Sequence record: SRR20825019_1418
Length of the DNA: 20,000 nt
Reading direction: 5' to 3' (one strand)
This document shows, piece after piece, positions 1 through 7,526 of this stretch. Made by a program: the position numbers and the translations under genes. Positions within the stretch are counted from its first letter, which is position 1, and each line of letters starts with the position of its first letter. Below the pieces are notes generated by a model. The model had not been told where the DNA came from. It saw nothing but the letters and a program-made list of their open reading frames with translations, and made no database searches.

Positions 1-272
1 CAGCGTTGAGCAAACTCTCTTTTACCAGTGCTGCAGAAGAAATGGCGTCAGCCAATATTGCCATACGGTCCTGCTACGATCCGCGCCAGGATGACGCTCG
101 CATGCGGCTGGCAATGGCGTTGCCGCCGGAGGATCGGGCGCAGGCCTTTGACCGGTTGCGCCGGGATTATCCGGTCCGGCGGGAGTTTTCCAGTTTGAAG
201 ATCCAGCTCAAGGGCACCAGTAAATCCATGCAGGATACTTTCCGGGCCCTTGGCTTCAAGCTGAAGCTCTGA
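1..272 (+). CDS. pdxB: Erythronate-4-phosphate dehydrogenase, C-terminal part (truncated by window start)
   Basis: Reading frame open from the window edge to TGA at 270-272. YDPRQDDARMR...FDRLRRDYPVRREF...ALGF matches the PdxB C-terminal dimerisation (DUF3410) region. Confidence 0.85.
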   Translation, partial: ALSKLSFTSAAEEMASANIAIRSCYDPRQDDARMRLAMALPPEDRAQAFDRLRRDYPVRREFSSLKIQLKGTSKSMQDTFRALGFKLKL

Positions 273-302
273 CGTTCCTTCGAACGCGTCTGTTCGCGCC
301 GA

Positions 303-1184
303 TTACAGCTGCGCGCTCTTCAGAGCCTCGATCCGGCTGTCCAGCGGCGGGTGTGTCATGAACAGGGCGCTGATGCCCGCCCTTGCACCTCGATTGATGC
401 CAAACGCCTGCAGGCTGTCGGGCATTTGATCAGGCACTTCGCTTTCCTGTTTCAGCCGCGCCAGGGCGTTGATCATGGCGCCACGGCCTGCCAGTTGCGC
501 GCCAGCGATGTCGGCACGGTATTCCCGGCGACGCGAGAACCAGAACACAATGGTACTGGCAAGAATGCCCAGCACGATTTCCGCCACGATACTGACCACG
601 AAGAAGCCGATACCATGCCCGCTTTCGTTCTTGAACACCACGCGGTCAACAAACGAGCCGATCACGCGGGACGCAAAAATCACGAACGTGTTCACCACAC
701 CCTGAATCAGCGCCAGGGTTACCATGTCGCCGTTGGCCACGTGGCCTATTTCGTGGCCCAGGACCGCACGAATTTCCTCCTTGTTAAAGCGGTGCAGCAG
801 CCCCTCGCTGACGGCTACCAGCGAGTTGTTCTTGTTCCAGCCGGTGGCAAAAGCATTGGATTGTGAAGCCGGGAAAATGGCGACTTCCGGCATACCGATG
901 CCGGCATTTTCTGAAAGCTCGCGAACGGTGTCTACCAGCCAGCGCTCAGCCGGCGTACGCGGCGACTCGATCACCTTTGCCTTGGTGCTCCACTTAGCCA
1001 CGGGCTTGGAAATCAGCAGCGATACAATGGCGCCGGCGAAGCCGAAGACCGCAGCGAAGGCAAGCAGCGAACCGTACTGGATACCGTTCTGGGCGAGATA
1101 GCTGTCAACACCCAGAAGTTTCAGGGTAAAACTGGCGACAAGAATGACGGCCAGGTTGGTGGCAAGAAACAGCAGAATACGCAT
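303..1184 (-). CDS. htpX: Membrane-bound zinc metalloprotease HtpX (M48)
   Basis: 293 aa. [14 protein letters not shown]-terminus, NAFATG, HEIGH (HExxH), [10 protein letters not shown] and THPPL motifs, several TM segments. Confidence 0.97.
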   Translation of the reverse strand: MRILLFLATNLAVILVASFTLKLLGVDSYLAQNGIQYGSLLAFAAVFGFAGAIVSLLISKPVAKWSTKAKVIESPRTPAERWLVDTVRELSENAGIGMPEVAIFPASQSNAFATGWNKNNSLVAVSEGLLHRFNKEEIRAVLGHEIGHVANGDMVTLALIQGVVNTFVIFASRVIGSFVDRVVFKNESGHGIGFFVVSIVAEIVLGILASTIVFWFSRRREYRADIAGAQLAGRGAMINALARLKQESEVPDQMPDSLQAFGINRGARAGISALFMTHPPLDSRIEALKSAQL

Positions 1185-1239
1185 CTTGAATCCCTTGTTG
1201 AATCGTCGGCCGCAGACCGCGGTTTGTGTCTGGGTATTT

Positions 1240-1267
1240 ATATGTGGCCAGTGTGGCCATGTTCAAC
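1240..1267 (-). promoter_or_regulatory. Putative sigma-32 promoter of htpX
   Basis: Minus strand GTTGAA-N14-CCACATAT versus consensus CTTGAA-N13/14-CCCCATNT. htpX is a known RpoH-regulon gene. Confidence 0.65.
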
Positions 1268-1281
1268 AGGTTTACGCCAAT

Positions 1282-1743
1282 TTAATGATCGGACCGGTCG
1301 CGAAAGAACGTCGCCTGCATTACGCGGCTGATTTTTGCGGAGCTACCGCTTCGGAGGGCGTTGCGAAGCATGTGTATGTGCGTGGAAAAATCCTCGCGGA
1401 TAGCCGGTGGCAGGTCCTGGCTGCTGTCAGCGTTGTTTTCTTCATGCAGATCTGGGCTGGCAGGCGAACTCAGGCGCACGAACGCCCGCTGGGTCAGCAC
1501 GGCCTGGTCCAAGGCTTCCTGGCGGATGGTATCCACGTAGCGGAGCAGGCCTTCCTCAGCTAACCAGAGCAGGGTGCCGAAGCAGGCCATGTGCCGCTTG
1601 CTGTGGAGCCCGAACTCGTCTGGTTCGTCGGGGCCAGCAATGTCTTCCACAAACAGGTTGACCCGGCGGGGAAAGGCATTGTAGAGCTGAACCAGGGCGA
1701 TTGCGGCGTCCTTGTAGAACTCTTCGATATGAATGTCCGCCAT
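1282..1743 (-). CDS. Conserved hypothetical protein
   Basis: ATG at 1743 preceded by AAGGGGG RBS, 10 bp after the alaA stop. IEEFYKD...AFPR...EPDEFGLHSKRH...LLWLAEEG resembles a conserved uncharacterised gammaproteobacterial family. Confidence 0.8.
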   Translation of the reverse strand: MADIHIEEFYKDAAIALVQLYNAFPRRVNLFVEDIAGPDEPDEFGLHSKRHMACFGTLLWLAEEGLLRYVDTIRQEALDQAVLTQRAFVRLSSPASPDLHEENNADSSQDLPPAIREDFSTHIHMLRNALRSGSSAKISRVMQATFFRDRSDH

Positions 1744-1753
1744 CAAGCCCCCT

Positions 1754-2968
1754 TCACAACTGGTAAGACGACAGGAAGTGTGCCAAACGCTTCATGGCAT
1801 CCTCAAGGGCGTCCTCGCGGGGTAGGAAGACCACGCGCAGGTGTTGCTTGTCGTCGATGTTGAAGGCGGAACCCTGAACCAGGAGGATGCGCTCCTGCAG
1901 CAGCAGGTCCAGTACCAGCTTTTCGTCATTGACGATGGGGAAGCGCTTCGGGTCCAGCTTTGGAAACAGATATAGAGCGCCTTTGGGCTTCACACAGCTG
2001 ACGCCTGGAATATCATTGAGCAGGTTCCAGGCGGTTTCCCGTTGTTCGAACAGGCGACCGCCCGGTGCCACCAGGTCTTCGATTGACTGGTAGCCCCCAA
2101 GTGCGGTCTGGATGGCCAGCTGTGCCGGTACGTTGGCACACAGCCGCATGTTGGAGAGCATTTCGATGCCCTCGATCAGGTCCCGCGCGCGGTGTTTGGC
2201 GCCGCTGATAATCATCCAGCCGGAACGGTAACCGGCGGCACGATAGTTCTTGGACAGGCCGTTATAGGTAAAGAACAGCACGTCATCCGCCAGTGACGCG
2301 GTGGGGACGTGTTCAGTGCCGTCGTACAGGATTTTGTCGTAGATCTCATCTGACAGCACGATCAGGTTGTGCTGCCGCGCCAGTTCCACCACCTGTTCCA
2401 GCAATTCGCGGGAGTACACGGCGCCGGTGGGGTTGTTGGGGTTGATAAGCACGATAGCCCGGGTGCGGCGGGTGATTTTCTTGCGGATATCGTCGATATC
2501 CGGGAACCAGTCCTGTTGCTCGTCGCATCGGTAGTGAACCGGCTTGCCACTGGACAGGGTCACGGCGGCCGTCCAGAGCGGATAGTCAGGGGCCGGGATC
2601 AGAACCTCGTCGCCGGTATTGAGCATGGCCTGCATGGACATCACGATCATTTCGCTGACGCCGTTGCCCAGGTAGATATCGTCGATATCCACCTTGTCGA
2701 TGCCACGTTGCTGGCAATAGTGCATCACCGCCTTACGCGCAGAGAACAACCCCTTTGATTCCACATACCCCTGGGCCAGGGGCATGTTGTGAATAACGTC
2801 CTGCTGGATTTCCTCGGGAACGTCCAGTTCGAAAGCCGCTGGGTTGCCGATATTGAGCTTGAGAACCCGGTGGCCCTCTTCCTCCAGCCGACGGGCTTCA
2901 CGCAGAACCACGCCACGTATCTCGTAACACACGTTATCCAGCTTGGCGGATTTGAGATAGTTCTGCAT
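1754..2968 (-). CDS. alaA: PLP-dependent class I aminotransferase, AlaA-type (glutamate-pyruvate aminotransferase)
   Basis: 404 aa. KSAKLDNVCYEIRG, KLNIGNP, INPNNPTG, DEIYDK and LSKNYRAAGYRSGW (PLP lysine). Confidence 0.92.
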   Translation of the reverse strand: MQNYLKSAKLDNVCYEIRGVVLREARRLEEEGHRVLKLNIGNPAAFELDVPEEIQQDVIHNMPLAQGYVESKGLFSARKAVMHYCQQRGIDKVDIDDIYLGNGVSEMIVMSMQAMLNTGDEVLIPAPDYPLWTAAVTLSSGKPVHYRCDEQQDWFPDIDDIRKKITRRTRAIVLINPNNPTGAVYSRELLEQVVELARQHNLIVLSDEIYDKILYDGTEHVPTASLADDVLFFTYNGLSKNYRAAGYRSGWMIISGAKHRARDLIEGIEMLSNMRLCANVPAQLAIQTALGGYQSIEDLVAPGGRLFEQRETAWNLLNDIPGVSCVKPKGALYLFPKLDPKRFPIVNDEKLVLDLLLQERILLVQGSAFNIDDKQHLRVVFLPREDALEDAMKRLAHFLSSYQL

Positions 2969-3029
2969 AAGCCCGGTATTTCCTTAGATCGGTAAGATGA
3001 CAAGTGCCATGTTTCAAAGACAAGTCTGT

Positions 3030-3057
3030 ATTCTAGCGGAGCAACGGCCGGCGGCAA
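3030..3057 (-). promoter_or_regulatory. Putative sigma-70 promoter of alaA
   Basis: Minus strand TTGCCG-N16-TAGAAT, about 60 bp upstream of the ATG. Confidence 0.5.
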
Positions 3058-3154
3058 CAGGCCAATTGTGATGAATTGTGGCACAAATGCGGAGATTTAA
3101 CGCCCAAAGCTCACAGATTCCATGAACTGAGCGTGGCAACCGTGACGGAATCAG

Positions 3155-3182
3155 TTGTAAATAGGGTTGTGCAAAATATAAT
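3155..3182 (+). promoter_or_regulatory. Putative sigma-70 promoter of gpx-marR, overlapped by possible OhrR-type boxes
   Basis: TTGTAA (3155-3160)-N16-TATAAT (3177-3182). AAGGGAGG RBS at 3195-3202 precedes ATG 3209. Confidence 0.65.
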
Positions 3183-3208
3183 AGCGAAAAATACAAGGGA
3201 GGAATGTA

Positions 3209-3694
3209 ATGAGCACCCAAAGCATCTACGACTTTAACGCGGCCGATATTCGCGGTGAGGAGCATTCCCTGGATGAGTTCCGTGGCAAAGTTCTGTTGAT
3301 CGTAAACACGGCCAGCAAATGCGGTTTCACTCCCCAGTTTGAGGGTTTGCAGTCCCTGTACGTCGAGCTGAAAGAAAAAGGCCTCGAAGTGCTCGGTTTC
3401 CCCTGCAACCAGTTCCGGAATCAGGACCCGGCGGACGACAAGGCCATCAGCGAATTCTGTAGCCTTAGCTACGGCGTGGACTTTCCCATGTTCGCAAAGA
3501 TTGACGTCAACGGCCCTAATGCCCACCCGCTGTTTGAGTACCTGAAGCACAGTGCCAAAGGGCTGTTGGGATCGGAAGCTGTAAAATGGAACTTCACCAA
3601 GTTCCTGGTGAATCGTGAGGGTGAAGTGGTGCGTCGTTACCCGCCGACCACCAAGCCGTCTGCCATTCGCGCCGACATTGAAGCGTTACTGTGA
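3209..3694 (+). CDS. Glutathione peroxidase family (Cys-type, probably thioredoxin-dependent)
   Basis: 161 aa. VNTASKCGFTPQ, LGFPCNQF and KWNFTKFLV motifs, plus a candidate resolving Cys in FCSLSY. Confidence 0.95.
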   Translation: MSTQSIYDFNAADIRGEEHSLDEFRGKVLLIVNTASKCGFTPQFEGLQSLYVELKEKGLEVLGFPCNQFRNQDPADDKAISEFCSLSYGVDFPMFAKIDVNGPNAHPLFEYLKHSAKGLLGSEAVKWNFTKFLVNREGEVVRRYPPTTKPSAIRADIEALL

Positions 3695-3697
3695 ACC

Positions 3698-4168
3698 ATG
3701 ACTGACGAAGACGACGTCCTGGCGCTGGATAATCAGCTCTGTTTTGCCCTCTACGCCGCCAACCGGGCAATAACCGCCCGCTATCGTCCGCTGCTGGCGG
3801 AACTGAATCTGACCTATCCGCAGTATCTGGTCATGTTGGTGTTGTGGGAAGCCGGGGAGAACGGACAGACGGTCAGGGTGTCTGACCTGGGTAAACGACT
3901 GCGCCTGGATTCCGGAACCCTGACGCCGCTGCTCAAACGTCTGGCTGAGCGTGATCTGGTCACCCGTTTGCGGGATACCACCGATGAGCGAGTGGTTACG
4001 GTCGCCCCCACTGAGAAGGGCAGTGCCATGCGCCAGCAGGCTCGGGACATTCCCGGCCGCCTGCTGTGTGGTACGGGCATTGATCAGGAGCGCATTGTGG
4101 AATTGAGGGAAGAGCTGCGATCTGTCCTCAGTCTTCTGGAGGCTGGGGAGGCGCCCAGCGGTCAATAA
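3698..4168 (+). CDS. MarR-family peroxide-sensing regulator (OhrR/OspR-like)
   Basis: 156 aa. LDNQLCFALY with sensor Cys15, LTYPQYLVMLVLW, LDSGTLTPLLKRL and DERVV. Starts 3 bp after the gpx stop. Confidence 0.92.
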   Translation: MTDEDDVLALDNQLCFALYAANRAITARYRPLLAELNLTYPQYLVMLVLWEAGENGQTVRVSDLGKRLRLDSGTLTPLLKRLAERDLVTRLRDTTDERVVTVAPTEKGSAMRQQARDIPGRLLCGTGIDQERIVELREELRSVLSLLEAGEAPSGQ

Positions 4169-6461
4169 TGGATTTCAGGTCGGCACGATTGTAAGGTTTG
4201 GTGATGTAGTCATTCATGCCGGACTCGAGGCAGTCGTCCCGGTCTCCCTGCATGACGTTGGCGGTGACCGCGATCACTGGCAGATCCTGCCACTCAGGGT
4301 TTTCACGAATGTTGCGGGTGGCCTCATAGCCGTCCATCACCGGCATTTGGCAATCCATCAGTACAATATCGAATCTCCTTTCGCCTTGCTGCAAGGCTTC
4401 CAGTGCCTGCTTGCCGTTTTCGGCCAGGGTGACGGTGTGGCCCAGCTTTTTCAGCATGCTGCTGGCGACCACCTGATTTACCTGATTGTCTTCGACCAGA
4501 AGAAGATTCAGCGTGCGTGACACGCCAGCCGGGGTTGCGATGATTCTTGCCCTGTCCCCGATGTCCAGCCCAGCGGCCCTGCACAGTGTTCGGTACAACT
4601 GCTCACGTCTGAGTGGCATCGACAGTATCTGACGATCTTTGGTGGGATGGGCGGAGCCGTCCCGGTCCACCAGAATAATGCCGGTGCCGGACCAGGACGA
4701 TGCCAGTTGTGCCGCGGTCTCGTCGCTTTCGTTGGCGGCGATCATCAGAATTCCCTCTCCGTCGGGTGCCGCTTCGCGCAGTGGAATGCCCCAGGCTCTC
4801 AGTTGATGCTCGATGGGCGTGCGGTGCGGATAGTCCCGGGGCATCCCGATATCGACACCTACCTGCTGAAGTAGGCTTGGAATAGCCGGCATCGACGGTT
4901 GGCTCTCCTGCTCATCGTGAACCGGCAGGGGCAGGTTCACAGTGAAGTGTGTGCCTTCGTGCTCCTCGGAATCTACCAGGATCTGGCCATGCATCCGCTC
5001 CACCAGTTGACGACACAGTGTCAGGCCCAGGCCAGTGCCGCCATAGAGCCGGGTAGTGTCACTGTCAGCCTGTGAGAAGGGTGAGAATATCCTGTGCAGC
5101 CCTTCCTTGGACATGCCGATACCGGTGTCGACAACGTCAATGCGTACGTTGCCGTTGTAGCGGGTGGCGTGGATGCGGACGAAGCCTTGCTCGGTGAATT
5201 TAATAGCGTTACTGAGCAGGTTGTTCAGGATCTGCCGAGTTCGGGTGGGATCGCCAAGAAAGCTTTCGGGCAGGTCACAGTCGATGTCCGCCACAACGTC
5301 AATATTCTTGCGCCTGGCTTGTTGGGCATGCAGTGTCGCACACTCTTCCACCAGGTTGCGGAGTGAAAACGGGATGTTCTCCAGGCTCAATTTCCCGGCT
5401 TCGACCTTGGAGATGTCCAGAATGTCGTTTAACAGACCGAGCAAACTCTGGCCGGCATTGAGCGCAATTTCCAACCGGTTTCGTTGTGCCTGTTCCATGT
5501 CGCCTTCCAGCGCCAGGCCCAACATCCCCAGAACACCGTTGAGTGGTGTGCGTATCTCATGGCTCATGCTGGCTAGGAAATTGGCACGGGCCCTGGCACG
5601 GCGTACAGCGTCCTCTTTGGCGCGAACCAGGGCGCGGTTGCCTCGCTGCAAGGCATCGTTCTTCTCGGAAATTTCCCGAGTGCGGTCTTCCACCTCCTGT
5701 TCCAGCTGGCTGGAGTAGTTCTTCATCGCACTTTCGGCCATCCTGAGCTGTGCGAGGCTGGAATCGATGGTTTCCAGATGCTGGTTGATGACACCCACCA
5801 TCAGCCCGATCTCATCTTCACGATGATTCTCCGGCACAGGAAGCCGGACCTTCTCAGGCGTTTCAGCCTTGACCCGGCTCAGAGCACCGATGACGTTCAG
5901 CATGGGCCGGGTCAGCACAAAGAAGAAAATGAACAGCAGTGCAGCAGTCAGCACCAGGCTTTTCAGCAGGCCGCTGATGACGGTATAGCCCGCGCGTTGG
6001 AGGAACAGCAGGCCGTAGTGGTAGGTATCGATGGTGACCGTGAGGCTCCCGAGGGAGAGGTCGCTCAGCTGCGGTACCACCAGTTCCTGACTGAATACGC
6101 GGCTGTCACCAAAGAGCAGGTCGCTGATCCACCGATAGCGCGAATCCGGGCTGCTTTGGCTCGCCGCAGCCATGGTTTGGCCATTGTTATCGATAATACG
6201 GGCGTCGATGGTTGCGGGATGGCGAAGCAAGCCATCAAGAAGCTCTTCCGCAAGCCGGATGTCGATGTTGTAGGCGATCTGCGAAGCGGGGCTGTGACTG
6301 ATTTCGATGAGCGCACGGATCTCCTGCTCCATGGAGTCCCTGGCGCTGAAATAATCGAGAGTGACCTGGACAATGTTGAGCACAAGGCCCAATACCATTG
6401 CTATTAAAACAGTGTCACGGGTCAGGCGATAGGATAGCCGCTTTTGGAATGCAGTTGTCAC
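4128..6461 (-). CDS. Hybrid sensor histidine kinase/response regulator, SagS-like
   Basis: 777 aa, GTG start. Two TM segments flank a periplasmic domain (SHSPASQIAYNID), then HAMP-like DEIG, H-box SHEIRTPLNG, HATPase (NLLSNAIKFT, DTGIG, GGTGLGL) and C-terminal REC (LVEDN, VLMDCQMP, KP). The sensor domain recalls P. aeruginosa SagS, which also neighbours gpx-ospR. Confidence 0.9.
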   Translation of the reverse strand: MTTAFQKRLSYRLTRDTVLIAMVLGLVLNIVQVTLDYFSARDSMEQEIRALIEISHSPASQIAYNIDIRLAEELLDGLLRHPATIDARIIDNNGQTMAAASQSSPDSRYRWISDLLFGDSRVFSQELVVPQLSDLSLGSLTVTIDTYHYGLLFLQRAGYTVISGLLKSLVLTAALLFIFFFVLTRPMLNVIGALSRVKAETPEKVRLPVPENHREDEIGLMVGVINQHLETIDSSLAQLRMAESAMKNYSSQLEQEVEDRTREISEKNDALQRGNRALVRAKEDAVRRARARANFLASMSHEIRTPLNGVLGMLGLALEGDMEQAQRNRLEIALNAGQSLLGLLNDILDISKVEAGKLSLENIPFSLRNLVEECATLHAQQARRKNIDVVADIDCDLPESFLGDPTRTRQILNNLLSNAIKFTEQGFVRIHATRYNGNVRIDVVDTGIGMSKEGLHRIFSPFSQADSDTTRLYGGTGLGLTLCRQLVERMHGQILVDSEEHEGTHFTVNLPLPVHDEQESQPSMPAIPSLLQQVGVDIGMPRDYPHRTPIEHQLRAWGIPLREAAPDGEGILMIAANESDETAAQLASSWSGTGIILVDRDGSAHPTKDRQILSMPLRREQLYRTLCRAAGLDIGDRARIIATPAGVSRTLNLLLVEDNQVNQVVASSMLKKLGHTVTLAENGKQALEALQQGERRFDIVLMDCQMPVMDGYEATRNIRENPEWQDLPVIAVTANVMQGDRDDCLESGMNDYITKPYNRADLKSIIDRWAPPQPPED

Positions 6462-6520
6462 GGCGTTTCACGGTCCCTGTTGTAACGTTTCGGTGGTTTT
6501 CGCGGGGCGCCAGTTGGCGC

Positions 6521-7294
6521 CTAGTCGTCGTAGTCGGCTTTCTTGCGCCACTCATCGTCGTGGAGGAACGTATCCCATTCCTTGTCCAGGCTTGACTGGC
6601 CCTCGGCCGCGGCGCTGTGTTCTTCGTCCCCCTTGATGGCTTCCAGTTCCTTGATGCGGGTACGGAAACTTTTCACGGCTTTCATGGCCATCGGGTTGTC
6701 CCTGGACTTGCCCATTTCGGTACTGGCCAGATGATAGGCGTGAATGGCCTTTCGAATCTGGTTCTGCTTCACATAATCGCGTGCCTGGAACACATGCAGG
6801 TCGGCGTGGGTCTTGTGCACCAGGAACAACACGAACTTCAGGTTTTTCTTGGCGGTGGCGCTATCAATCTTGCCGGCCTTGTGCATGCCCTCGATCATCT
6901 TGAACAGATTTTGCAGCAGCTCCTGGACATAGGTGGACTTTTCGGGGGAGTCGATCTTGATCGGAGTGCGCTTGTCTTCGCCGTCCATTACGGACTTTTT
7001 CAGCTGTTGTACAGCACTCAGTCGTTCTTCAACGGGCTGATCAGATTTCAGGGCCTGGAGGTCTTTGCACGACTCCTCCATCCGCTTGATCAATAGCAGT
7101 TTCAAATCTGCAGTGAAATACTGGCCCGGGATTTCGGAGAGCAGGCGGCCGGCTCTTTTGTAGCTGTCTTCCAGAGCCGTTGTTTTACGAATACGCTCGA
7201 TGCGTGCGCGCTCTCGCATCTGACTGGCCACAATAATAATGATCGAAACGGTAACGACAGCCGCCAGTAGCAGCACAATCATTGTGGTATCCAT
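6521..7294 (-). CDS. Membrane-anchored conserved hypothetical protein (largely helical)
   Basis: Likely ATG at 7294 (MDTTMIVLLL...) with GGAG upstream, 257 aa. Single N-terminal hydrophobic helix, IPGQYF motif, C-terminus WRKKADYDD. Confidence 0.8.
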   Translation of the reverse strand: MDTTMIVLLLAAVVTVSIIIIVASQMRERARIERIRKTTALEDSYKRAGRLLSEIPGQYFTADLKLLLIKRMEESCKDLQALKSDQPVEERLSAVQQLKKSVMDGEDKRTPIKIDSPEKSTYVQELLQNLFKMIEGMHKAGKIDSATAKKNLKFVLFLVHKTHADLHVFQARDYVKQNQIRKAIHAYHLASTEMGKSRDNPMAMKAVKSFRTRIKELEAIKGDEEHSAAAEGQSSLDKEWDTFLHDDEWRKKADYDD

Positions 7295-7437
7295 CTTGTT
7301 GCAAACACTCCGGCTGAATGGACAGGCCACTGGCAGCTCCGGCCACAGAAAAAATCCGGAGAAATCCAGCAAGTATACGGAAGATTAGCAGAAAACCCCG
7401 GATGATTCCGTTCTGAAATGTGAAAGATTGCAGCTTC

Positions 7438-7485
7438 ATATCAATCCGATGAATTGATATCCTGTTGACCATTATTCTAGTGAAT
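7438..7485. promoter_or_regulatory. Putative LysR operator in the divergent intergenic region
   Basis: Perfect inverted repeat ATATCAAT-N7-ATTGATAT (7438-7460). Two T-N11-A 15-mers ending in TGAAT at 7440-7454 and 7471-7485. Confidence 0.5.
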
Positions 7486-7526
7486 GAAAGCTGTTTTTAC
7501 GTGTTACTTCCGATAGGGGCCACGTC

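Noticed and set aside
281..295. Small hairpin CGAAC...GTTCG between the convergent pdxB and htpX
   Set aside because: 5-bp stem without a U-tract; too weak to call a terminator.
3014..3550. 178-aa minus-strand ORF across gpx and the spacer
   Set aside because: Antisense to a well-supported gpx and runs through promoter elements; not MsrB-like.
3209..3694. Selenocysteine glutathione peroxidase
   Set aside because: The active-site codon is TGC (Cys) and there is no in-frame TGA.
6478..6492. LacI-like imperfect palindrome TGTAACGTTTC upstream of the kinase
   Set aside because: Short and imperfect, with no LacI gene nearby; could be chance.
7300..7420. CsrB/RsmZ-like sRNA (a few GGA motifs)
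   Set aside because: Only about four GGA motifs, not in regular hairpin loops, and no terminator.
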